A stretch of 64,000 nt of DNA from Octopus bimaculoides. Taxonomy: Eukaryota. Made by a program: the position numbers and the translations under genes. The stretch covers positions 38,134,048 through 38,198,047 of the forward strand of contig NC_068986.1 in the NCBI RefSeq assembly GCF_001194135.2. Direction: 5' to 3'. Numbering within the stretch: the first letter of the stretch is position 1; every line of letters begins with the position of its first letter. Below the pieces are notes generated by a model, which worked only from the letters and a program-made list of their open reading frames with translations, was not told the DNA's origin and did not search any database. Of the stretch, positions 39,925-51,945 are shown piece after piece.

Positions 39925-40314
39925 CTTTTATCTTTTACTTGTTTCAGTCATTAGAGTGTGGCCATGCTGGGGCATTGCTTTGAAGAATTTTAGCCAAACA
40001 AATCAACCCCAGTATTTATTTTTTAAAAGCCTGGTACTTATTCTGTTGGTCTCTTTTGGCAAACCACTAAGTTATGGGGACATAAGCAGAACAACACTGG
40101 TTGTCACGCAGTGGTGGGCGACAAACACAGACACAAAGACATGCACACACATATATATGACAGGCTTCTTTTAGTTTCCATCTACCAAATTCACTCACAA
40201 AGCTTTTTTCAGCTTGAGCCTATAGTTGAAGACACTTTCCCAAGGTGCCATATAGTGGGATTGAACCTGGAACCATGTGGTTGAGAAGTAAGTTTCTTAC
40301 CCCATAGCCACACC
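39925..40314 (-). mobile_element. SINE family A copy (right arm of inverted pair)
   Basis: Near full-length reverse-orientation copy about 35 bp from the previous one. Confidence 0.8.
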
Positions 40315-41031
40315 AGCATCTCACTCTCTTCCTCTCTCCCCCCCCATCTCTGTCTATGGCTCAGTAGTTAAGGTGTTGAACAAACGATTGCGAGATCATG
40401 GGTTCAATTCCCAGACCAGGCGTTGCATTGTGTTCTTGAGCAAAGCACTTCATTTCTTGTTGCTCTGCAATCACTTCGGCATCTGACATGTGGTACCCCA
40501 TTGCACCTGTACAAGTAATGTCAATTTGATGGAGGGAGTGAGCTTATGTCTACACAAGCATTTGATCACTATAAACAAATCATCTGTATGGTTGTTTAGC
40601 AAGAAATTATCGAACCCACATACATCATCCAACGATGGGAGAGTCCATCATATATATATGTATATATATATGTATATATATATGTATATATNNNNNNNNN
40701 NNNNNNNNNNNNNNNNNNNNNNNNNNNNNNNNNNNNNNNNNNNNNNNNNNNNNNNNNNNNNNNNNNNNNNNNNNNNNNNNNNNNNNNNNNNNNNNNNNNN
40801 NNNNNNNNNNNNNNNNNNNNNNNNNNNNNNNNNNNNNNNNNNNNNNNNNNNNNNNNNNNNNNNNNNNNNNNNNNNNNNNNNNNNNNNNNNNNNNNNNNNN
40901 NNNNNNNNNNNNNNNNNNNNNNNNNNNNNNNNNNNNNNNNNNNNNNNNNNNNNNNNNNNNNNNNNNNNNNNNNNNNNNNNNNNNNNNNNNNNNNNNNNNN
41001 NNNNNNNNNNNNNNNNNNNNNNNNNNNNNNN

Positions 41032-41093
<62 letters not shown>

Positions 41094-41516
41094 TGTGAGT
41101 CTGTGTGTGTATAGATAGATACACACACACACACATATACTCACATGTATACGTACACACAGAAATAGAAAGAGGGAAAAGAGTGGAAGAGTAAGAGAGT
41201 GAAAGAGTAAGAGAGTGGAAGAATAAGAGAGTGGATGAAAAAGAGAGTGGCGAGTAAGAGAAATACTTTGGAGATATGGAGAGTTGAGAAAACTGATAAT
41301 AAATCAATGACAAAGGCTGTAACAATAATTCTGATAATAAGAATATTCACAAATCTAATTTAGTAATTTTAGGTATATTTTTGTTTCTGTTTTTCCTTCA
41401 CCCCATTTCTCTTTTTTTCCCCACTTTCTTTGAAAATAGTTATATTCTCTAACAGTATCTCTTTGTGTTGTATATTGATTGACTATCGCTTGCTTAGTTT
41501 TGTGTGTGGTGTGCCA

Positions 41517-41566
41517 GGGGTGGGATGGGATGGGATGGGATTGGAATGGGATGAGATGGGAAGGGA
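41517..41566 (+). repeat. (GGGAT)n pentamer repeat with G-quadruplex potential
   Basis: gggtgggatgggatgggatgggattggaatgggatgagatgggaaggg. Confidence 0.7.
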
Positions 41567-41771
41567 AAAGTTAGGTGATAAAGAGACGGAATGAAACAAA
41601 TGAGAACAGCTGAGACATATTTCATGAGATATAAAAAGACATGATCCGAGAAGGGCCCTTTCACATGGTTTGCTTGTTTGACTTGTTTGAAATAGCAGCC
41701 AAATCTTCCATAATCCTTTAGCAAACAGATTACGCTCTCAAATCATCATCATCATCATCATCATTGATTAA

Positions 41772-42219
41772 CCCTTTAGCATTCAGTTTACTCTGTCACA
41801 TGTTGTCAGCTTTATCTTGTATCCGAGTATTTATTTTCTTCTTTGCTGAACACTTCCTTTATGGCGATGCTGTTGATGATGCTGTAGACCAATTCTTGCA
41901 TAGAAGAGTCAATGGCATTGACTGCATGGCAATGCTGGTGGAGGATGAAGTTGATTTCGTTGAGCCTTCCTCTTCTGTTGTTTGATTTCTTTGTTTTTCT
42001 CTTCTGATGTGACAGAATGCTTATCAAATGTAGTGCTTATTTATTTCCCATTGTTTTGAATTAATCATGCATTATCTCATAGTTTTAAGATTTTGATGAT
42101 GTAATAATTCATTTTTGAATGACATTGTAGGGCAGGTGTGATAGTGATTACCTGGTCAGTTTGAACATAAGACGGGTAGAATATTTGGGCCTGTTATAAT
42201 CGATTTGAATGCTAAAGGG
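41772..42219. mobile_element. piggyBac-type MITE copy carrying an inserted RTE fragment
   Basis: ttaa|ccctttagcatt left end and aatgctaaaggg right end. The consensus is interrupted by about 220 bp of foreign sequence. Confidence 0.75.
41800..42010 (-). pseudogene. RTE-clade LINE ORF2 C-terminal zinc-finger fragment
   Basis: Minus frame reads KQQKRKAQRNQLHPPPALPCSQCH*LFYARIGLQHHQQH, the C..C.R.F.ARIGL..H...H tail typical of RTE elements. Confidence 0.7.
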
Positions 42220-42519
42220 CTGATGTCCATATCCCATACTGGCATGGATTTTTATGGCTGGATCCCCTTGTAAAGGTTTGATAGTTGTCATAGAGACTTT
42301 AGTCTCTCTCTATCACCTTTCAACAGCATTATGAATGAAGAGACATCAGAACAATTAACAACATATTAAAAAGGTTTTATTTATGATGATACTGCTTGGT
42401 TTCACAATTCCTGTCATTCTGCTTAGCCGCCGCTGATTAAATTGTAGTTTGGTAATGAAAGGTTAAGGTCTTCCTTGATGCCTGCCAGAGAAGCAAGTAG
42501 CTATCACATCAATAGCATC

Positions 42520-42800
42520 ATGGTGAAAAGTGCTTCGTGGAGGAGCGAGGTGTTGTCATGTAGAAGGTCTGAGCTCAACTCGCTAAGATAATGAAAGTAA
42601 CTGCTTAAGTACGAGTTTTACTACGCATGCGCAACTCGAGGAGCTTCCAGTGGTGAAGTCCCCTGCGCATGCGCAGAATAGTACTTCCTCAATGGCGGCT
42701 ATAATTTCGCGCCACTACACCCTTCTTAATACTAACCACTCTACAGCATGGACTGACGGCATTTTTATTTTTTCCACCTTCGCTATTGAGGTCACCATGC
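42520..42800. promoter_or_regulatory. CpG-rich promoter-like island
   Basis: NRF1-type (T/A)GCGCATGCGCA-like sites at 42623-42633 and 42664-42675, ETS-like ACTTCC, YY1-like AATGGCGG at 42691, and locally high CpG. Confidence 0.65.
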
Positions 42801-44428
42801 AGTTCGCAGGATTATGAGCCCTGGGGTAGGTGGGATCAGCATCATGCTATGGAACAAGAGGATTACTATGAAAGAGAAGGGGTGAGCAGGTTCTTGCTGA
42901 GGGTTCTGTGCGGCTACCCACATCTAGGACAGGGGAAAAAGAAAGGTGGGGGAACAGCGAAAACAAAATCATCATCATCCTCCTCATCATCATCATCACC
43001 ATCATCATCATCCTCATCCTCCTCCTCCTCATCATCATCATCATTTAGCATCTGCTTTTATGCTGGCATGGTTTAGACAGTTTGACTGAAACTGGTAACC
43101 TGGGGGAGCTGCACCAGGTTCCAATCTGATTTGGCATGGTTTCTATGACTGGATGCCCTTCCTAATGCCAACCACTCCAAGAGTGTAATAGGTGCCTTTT
43201 ACGTGCCACTGGCATGGGTGCCAGTTACGTGACACTGGCATGGAAATCATGATTATGATTTCACTTGGCTTGATGGGTCTTCTCAAGCACAGCATAATGC
43301 TAAAGGTCTTGTTCACTTACCACTGCCTCCATGAGACCCAATGTTCAAAGGGTGCTGATTTGGTCACCTAGATAACAGAAGCTCACATTGTTTTGAATTA
43401 ATGATGCATTATTTTGTAACTTTGAAATTTCAATGATGTGAGTGTCTTCTTTTAGAATGACATAGGATAGGGGTGAGAGGCCGCATCTGGTAGAATATTT
43501 GGGCCAGGTATTACTAGTTTAAATACAAATGGGTTAAATCATATCTTACATTTTAAATGGGGCAATGAAAAAAAGGGACATGGATGATGTAAAAAAAGAT
43601 GAGATGGTCATACTTGAAATACTTTTAATTATAAATTAGAGCCTATCTGGAGCTAAACAACAACAACAACAAGGTCTGATCCAAATGTAATTACAGTTTT
43701 GCTCATGTGGTTTTGGGTTCAATCCCATTTCATGGCACCTTGGGTAAGTGACCTCTACAATAACCCTGCACAGACCAAAACCTTACAAGTGAGTTTGTTA
43801 GATGGAAATTGAATGACATCTATAGTATATTTGTGTGTGTGTATCTGTGTGCATGCATGCATGCATGTGTGTGTGTGTGTGTGTGTGTGTGCATGTGTGC
43901 GCTTGCATGTGTGTGTGTGTGTGTGTGCGTGTGTGTGTGCCCCATTGTCTTGATATTGCAAAATAATTTTTAACATAAGTCTTCAGCAAACAATTATTGT
44001 CATTTGTCTCCAATCTTCCATTAGAAGATGCCTGGTCTTGGAGAAATATTAACATGCTTGAAAACAAGTGAGATTTGGTGACAAGAACACCATCAAGCCA
44101 TAGAAAAATCTGCCTCAATGAATTCCGATTGACCCATGCAAACATGGAAAAGTGGATATTAAACAATGATAATTATGATGATGATGATATGGAAATAGTT
44201 CTCAAATAGTGTGCTGCTGTGCACCAGAATGCTTCAAAGAGTATCAAGTATACTGCAGATATTAAACTATATTTATTTAGTGCTTTAGAAAATCCATACT
44301 AATGCTTGAGTGTCTTGTAAAAAAATCTTATTCATATGATTTTAGTTTTTCTTTTATATCAGTGTATATGTACATACACACACACACATACATTTATATA
44401 TATACATGCATATATGCATGTGTGTGTG

Positions 44429-44491
<63 letters not shown>

Positions 44492-45029
44492 NNNNNNNNN
44501 NNNNNNNNNNNNNNNNNNNNNNNNNNNNNNNNNNNNNNNNNNNNNNNNNNNNNNNNNNNNNNNNNNNNNNNNNNNNNNNNNNNNNNNNNNNNNNNNNNNN
44601 NNNNNNNNNNNNNNNNNNNNNNNNNNNNNNNNNNNNNNNNNNNNNNNNNNNNNNNNNNNNNNNNNNNNNNNNNNNNNNNNNNNNNNNNNNNNNNNNNNNN
44701 NNNNNNNNNNNNNNNNNNNNNNNNNNNNNNNNNNNNNNNNNNNNNNNNNNNNNNNNNNNNNNNNNNNNNNNNNNNNNNNNNNNNNNNNNNNNNNNNNNNN
44801 NNNNNNNNNNNNNNNNNNNNNNNNNNNNNNNNNNNNNNNNNNNNNNNNNNNNNNNNNNNNNNNNNNNNNNNNNNNNNNNNNNNNNNNNNNNNNNNNNNNN
44901 NNNNNNNNNNNNNNNNNNNNNNNNNNNNNNNNNNNNNNNNNNNNNNNNNNNNNNNNNNNNNNNNNNNNNNNNNNNNNNNNNNNNNNNNNNNNNNNNNNNN
45001 NNNNNNNNNNNNNNNNNNNNNNNNNNNNN

Positions 45030-45092
<63 letters not shown>

Positions 45093-45456
45093 TACACATA
45101 TGTCTGTGTGGAAAGAGGTTGTTCCTTTCTAAGGATATTTATCTAAGCGTACACCAATTTAGCTCCATATCAATTAGTGCCACTGGGAATTCCATATGTG
45201 CTATGTACAAGTGCTTTTCATTGATTCTTCTCTGCTAATTAGAACCTTACGCTCTTGAAGTCACAGTTTTTGCTATAGATGTTTTCCTCTTTTTGATGTT
45301 GGAGAGAAATTTTAACTATCCTAAGGAAATTGGCCCTGCCTGCTTGAGATTCAAAACCAAATCTAGAAATTCTCCCTAGCCTACGGCGTTATGTCCTGTC
45401 AAAGGGAGCAATGATCTATGTGTTTTTCACTTCACTCATGGCTTTTCTGTGCCAAT

Positions 45457-46529
45457 GAAAGTTTAAATAAACAAAGTTTGACCTACGTTAATTTTTAGCC
45501 ATTGTTATAATGGTATACCCATTTTCCTAGCTAATCTGCACAATTATAAATACCAGCATTTTGTAAGGAAAAGGCAGCGACCAACAGAGAGCAGACTGAC
45601 CAGGTCAAAAATACCGTCTGCCACTCCTGACTTCCTTTCTCACTCACTTTTGTTTCAACAACATCAATTAATCTATTTAGTTACTGCTGCTAGAATGTCA
45701 GGGAATATGTCAGGGAATATGGGAATATGTAAGTTCAAAGCTATCTACCCTTTTACTCTCGTTACCTTGTATGTTTTCTGACTGTTTTTATACATGCACG
45801 CCCATTGTGGTTTGGCTTTAATTATATGTAATGAAGAAATAAATATGTTATCTACAACTTTGGCCACTGTCTTTCTTTCTTGGAGTCATCATCAATGGCA
45901 GGCATGTAATGTCATACAGGTAACAAGAGTTAAATTTTCTTGTAAAAGGGTAGATAGCATTGGACTTATTTTCCCCCATATTCCTACACTACTCCCCTGC
46001 TAGAGAATTTCTAAACAAAGAAATGAACGATCTAGGAAAAAGGATGCATTCATACAAATATGCATTTTCGGACAAGCAAAGTGAAAAGTATCTTGTTGTT
46101 GGTGAAAGTGATGCAAGACTGAGAAAAATTGTGCATATCTGGAAAGAGAATCCTGGGAATGTATACGGGACAGGTATCCATTTGATTGTATCTGAATAGT
46201 GATGTTGCTTTGCTTGCGAAGTGGGCAGTCCGTGACTGAGGCAGCAAGAGTGAGCATGTGTGCAAGGACATATACATGAGTAAGAAAGTAAGAGAGGGGT
46301 GGACAAGACAACAGTATCACTGGTGGATTCCATAGCTGTCCTTCTATAATGTTCTGTCGCAACTATATTTCGAGCTGGTTGGCCTGCTCTCTGTCGGTCA
46401 CTCTCACCCACTGCCTTTTCCTTACAAAATGCTGGTATTTATAATTGTTCAGACTAGCTAAGGAAATGGATATACCATTATAACAATGGCTAAGTTAATG
46501 TAGGTCAAACTTTGTTTATCTAAACTTTC
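45457..46529. mobile_element. About 1.07-kb element with about 150-bp TIRs and an unassigned internal ORF
   Basis: Termini gaaagtttaaataaacaaagtttgacctac.. / ..gtaggtcaaactttgtttatctaaactttc. Inverted similarity continues to about 45611 / 46370. No TSD seen. Confidence 0.75.
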
Positions 46530-47055
46530 GGTTTCACTTTCTTCAATCCACCCTGACTCTCTACTCTTCTTTTCTTTTCTTGTATCAGTCATTTGACTGC
46601 GGCCATGTTGGAGCACCAACTAAAGGGTTTTAGTTGAAGAAATTGCCTCCAGGATTTTACCTTTTCTGAGCCTAGTACTTATTCTATTGGTCTTTTTTTT
46701 TACCAAAACTGATAAGTTACAGGGACATAAACACACCAACATTGGTTGTCTAGCAACGGTGGTGTGGACAAACACAGACACACACATAAATACACACACA
46801 CTCACACACACACACATGCACACACATACACACGACATGCTTCTTTCAGTTTCTGTCTACCAAATCCACTCACAAGGCTTTGATTGGCTTGATTCTATAG
46901 CAGAAGACACTTGTCCCAGATGCCACGCTGTGGGACTGAACCCAGAACCATGTGTTCAGGAAGCGAGCTTCTTACCACACAGCCATGCCTGCACCTACTG
47001 TTAATATTATTGTATAATCCAGGGCGAAATTCTGACCAACTGGAAGATGCTTTAA

Positions 47056-47246
47056 CCTTTCAGCATTCAAACCAGTCATATCTGGCCTAAATGCTAAAAC
47101 AGGCCAAATCTGGCCTCTCACATTTAACCTACAATGTCTTTCTGACATCATGAAAATGTCTTAGCTATAAGCTAATGCATGATTAATTCAAAGCAATATG
47201 AATAAATATGCATTACATTTGACAAAGAAATCTGAATGCTAAAGGG
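47056..47246. mobile_element. piggyBac-type MITE copy (opposite orientation)
   Basis: ttaa|cctttcagcatt ... aatgctaaaggg|ttaa. Further copies or fragments at about 1860-2047, 5017-5179, 43380-43533, 50226-50435 and 55190-55413. Confidence 0.8.
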
Positions 47247-48317
47247 TTAACATTTCCAATTCTTTAGTGAATTCTAATTTAGTGTTCTGCAACTGTTTTG
47301 GTACAATGAGGCAACCAGAGAATATTACTAATACTAAAAACTCCATTGTGAAAGACTTATTTTGTACAGTAGTATCACTATCATAAATTGTAACCATACT
47401 TTTGTGTATCTAAAACCCTTCTTTTCAAACATAAATTCTATTTTTATTTCACAACTTGCAAATCCCAAATTGTAGAATAATGTTGTAATCCATAATGTTA
47501 TTACTGTTGAATCAAGCTAAAGTTCAAGCAGTTATTCTCTAAATCAATAAATATTTTTATTTTATTAAATATCTTTCATTATTTCTCTGACTTACAATAG
47601 AACGGATATAACCCAAGCAGTGGCGTACTAGACTTAGAATGACAGACTTTTTGCTCAGCTGAAAACCAAATGATATCAACTTAAACTTCCATCTTTCTTG
47701 GTTTAATGACATATATATCATTAAGAGAAGAAAGGAATGAGATGAAAACATAATCTATGTATATCTCATTGTACTTCTGTTGTCTTTCTTTTTCTTTTAT
47801 AGGTGCAGCCGTGGCTGTGTGGTTAAGAAGTTAGCTTTACAACTCTGAGATTTTGGGTTCAATCCCAAATGTCTTCTTCTATAGCCTCAGTTTGACCAAT
47901 GCCTTGTGAGTTAAATTTGGCAGTTGAAAACTGTACAGAAGCCTGTCATATAATATAATATAATATGATATAATTCAATATAATATAATACACACACACA
48001 CATATAAAATTTATGTTTATTATATATGTGTGCGTACATATGCAAGTGTGTGTGTATGTAACTTACATAAGGGTTAACAACAGAAAGAATATCCTAGCAG
48101 AATACTGCCTCACAAGTCTCATTCAACCCTTGCCAATATGAAAAATGGTGACATAAAAATGATGAAAGAGATGGGGACAATCATCATCATAATCATCAAC
48201 TGTGGATGAATCTGGATTTAAGTGATGAATGTAGATCCAGAAAATAGTTATGAATACAATATAAAATATTTTAGAATTTCTTGTTTGTTTTTAATCCTTT
48301 CTTTATTGACATAAATC

Positions 48318-48378
<61 letters not shown>

Positions 48379-51300
48379 TCTCTCTCTCTCTGCATGCTTC
48401 CCCAGCAGTGACTTTTGGGTATCAGCTATTGCTTCTTTGTCTGATCTTTACACAAAGAGATCAGTTCTCACTGCAACTGTCACACTTCATGTCATGTCTG
48501 TTATGTACAAAAAGCAAAAGATATTTCCATCAATTTTTATTATATTTCTCAATGTACCATTCGGATATATCCTAAACACATTTTGTATTGTTTTATTTTT
48601 GGATTTGTCTCTGAAGTGAAATTCCACTGTTAATACATGTAATACATATTCCACTGTAATACATGTCACATGATTCTTTGTTTTAATTTAGCTTACTAAT
48701 CACCAAACCAACCATAATTTTCTAAATCCACATGCTACATACATTCAAACATATATATATATTCATACATGCATGCATATATACATACATATTTTCCTTG
48801 ATTCCTTTTACTCACTGAAACCAGCCAGTGAGTAGAGGAACTCTTAGATCTGCTTTAAACAGGAGCCACATCTTTCTTAGAGTATACCTTACTATCAGAA
48901 GAATGATATATTAGATGATGTGATCCTTAGTGCACTATGCTTGGGAAACAACAACTAAAAGAGCAATGAAATGCAAAAACACATGCTAGATCACAATGTA
49001 TAAAATTCACTGTCACTACCAATGTGTTATCTTTGAGATAGCATGTTAGTACTTGAGTAATTATTATAAAAATTACAGCAATAACATCAGTTTCCAGATA
49101 GGTTTTATGTCTGATACTTTGTGTTCATGTGAGTGAAATAGTTCTTCAAAATCATACATTTGTATTGATTTTTCAATGCAAGAATTTTAATCTATAACAT
49201 TATTTTGCTATAGTCTTTGCATGTAATACTTAACTATGGAGCAAAATCGAAGACATAATCTATTATATACATATTTATGTTATTCATAAGACATTTGACT
49301 GATAAACAATGGAACAAAATCAAAAACATAATCTATTATAGACATAACATTTATGTTATTTATTATTCGTAAGACAAGTGAATGGTAAATAAATATTTTA
49401 AGTATATGTATGTGTGTGTGTGTGTGTGTGTGTGCGTGCGTGTGTGTGCGCGTGCGCATATCACTGTATCAACCAGATTATAGGATGTTGTAATATTCCA
49501 CTGGTCACAATGCATTTCCCTGTATTGTTGTTGCTTTCAAAAGATGCCACCCAACAGGCTTGGCAGGTAGGCCAACATTCCCTTTGAACAGGATACTAGT
49601 CCATTGTGGGTTTATCCATTAGAGTTGAATGGATTGGAGCAACATGAAATGAAATGTTTTGCTCAAGAATACAACACACCACTAGTGCAGGAATTGAAAC
49701 CATGATCTTGTGATCAGTGAATGCAACACCCTAACCACTTGGCCATGCACCTTCTCACACACACACACATATTACTGATATGTTTTTTTTTAGAGTCCAC
49801 AGCTCAATGGGACTTTGAGTTCAATTCCAACCACATGTATTTTTCTTTGATATGAAAACAAGTATGTAGTGTATACAATGTAAGTATTAAGATTTTTTGA
49901 AGTATTAACAATGTAATTGTACCATAACAAAATAACATAATAGATAGATAATGTCTTCAGTTTCATGCAATAGTTAAGATCATTTAAAACATTTGCTATA
50001 AACATTATTCTCTCAACAACATTCTCTGTGTTGTGTTAAAAACATGATTTATATTGGAGTGGGACAAACATATTTGCTGCAGTGACTCTGAAGAAGAACA
50101 GATATATTTCATCTTTTCACAATCACAATCACAAGAACCAAATACTTCAGAAAAAGAAAAAAATCGAAAGATACACTACTATTATGAACTTTCTGATAAC
50201 CTACCTCCATGCCTCATGGGATTAACCCTTTAGCATTCAGATTAAATTATCTGACAACTTTTACTTATTGACAATTTTGAAGTCATTAGGCATTATCTTG
50301 TACCTTCAAGATTTTGATGATGCGGTTGTATATGTTAAGAATGACATTGTAAGGTAGGTGTGAAAGACCCAGTCTGGCTGGTTTGAACATAAAACTGGTA
50401 GAATATTTTGTCCAGATTTGGCCAGTTTAAATGTTGACCTATGGGCAATAAGAATAATGACTAGTGCAATGAGAAGGGATTCTTTAACCCAAACTGATGC
50501 AGGGTGGAGGAGTCTCTCTAGATTGATCACAGACACCCCTACTTCCCTGATACAAGTTACATAATAAAAATGTCCCTTTCTGTACATCCAATGTGTGGAA
50601 AATAAAGGAACAAATAAACTGAGATAGCACAGAGAAGAGGCATCTCTTTTTGGTCTTGTCATAGATGAGACAACTTCTCTGGTACAAGTGAACGTATAAA
50701 TAGTAACAACACTAGGGAGGGCAGGCTGTTTTTAGTTTTCTTGGGGATGAATCAGTCTTTCTGATTCCAGTGCCACAATAAAATGGTAAAGTGATTGAGA
50801 GTAGGGAGAGTGAACCTGTGCCTAAAAATGGAATTTACAAGCAAGATGTGATCCCTGACCCATCTAGGAGAACATTAATTCTAAATAAGTCCTAACACAG
50901 ACTGAAGCAACTCATCCAACCCATGCCAGCATGGAATAAAGGACGTAAAATAATGATGATGTTTGACTGAATCTCAATAGTAGTAATTAATGAGATTACT
51001 GTAGTGTTTCAGACAATAAAACTATGTCTTTAGAGACATAGATGTTTTTCATATTTACATCTACACTACATAGGTCAGATGTAAATATTAATAGATTTTT
51101 CATCTCCAAATTATTGTAATCTTTATTAACAATAACTCATCCTAGACACTCTGACATTTAAGCAATTTACAACTTTTATATTTGTACAAGGTCGCAGACT
51201 TTATGCGACAGATGTCGCTGATTAAACTGTCCTTGTCTCTGTATTTATCATTTGGCATTCATTCCATCAATTGAAGAATTAGGAGCTTTTAATAGAATGC

Positions 51301-51549
51301 TTTGCAGTCTTTTTCCAGCTTCCTTCACCGAATTGCAATTCAGTTCAAACCCTGTGAAGGTTAACTTTGCCTTTCATTCTTAAACAACAGTAAACCTAGC
51401 AGGAACAAGCATGCCAAAAGTAAATAGGAATTTGTGGCCCTTGAGCTTAATAGCCCCATTGACTTGTCTGCTCAACCATTTTCTACATACAAAAGGCCAG
51501 TATACTTAAACAGTATACTTAAACACATTGATTTTTTGAATTTACCCTA

Positions 51550-51945
51550 TCTCAACCACTGCCACCAACACCACCACCACCTCACCCACTACCACTATAA
51601 CTACCCCCACCTCCACCATCATTACCATAACCGCTATAACTACTCCCACTTCCACCACCATTATAACCACCTCCACTACCATAACCACCTCTACTACCAT
51701 AACCAGCACTATCAACATAATCACTATCACTGCCACTTTAACTATCCTCACCTCCATCACCATAACTATAACCACTACCACCACCATAACCTCTACCACC
51801 ACCATAACCACCATCATCATAACCACCTCCACTACCATCACCATCACCACCACCTTCACTATCATAACCACTACCATCACCATAACCACCACCACCACCA
51901 CCACCACTACCACAACCACCTCCACCACTATAACTGCCACCACTG
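51550..51945. repeat. Degenerate (ACC/ATC/ACT)n trinucleotide low-complexity tract
   Basis: About 400 bp of CAC/CAT/TAC triplets, producing spurious poly-His and poly-Val ORFs. Confidence 0.9.

Noticed and set aside
41812-42027. 71-aa minus ORF as first exon of a gene from the 42.6 kb promoter
   Set aside because: It lies inside a piggyBac MITE, and another frame is an RTE zinc-finger remnant.
50088-50220. Short acidic ORF DSEEEQIYF..
   Set aside because: No donor or homology support, and it abuts a MITE.
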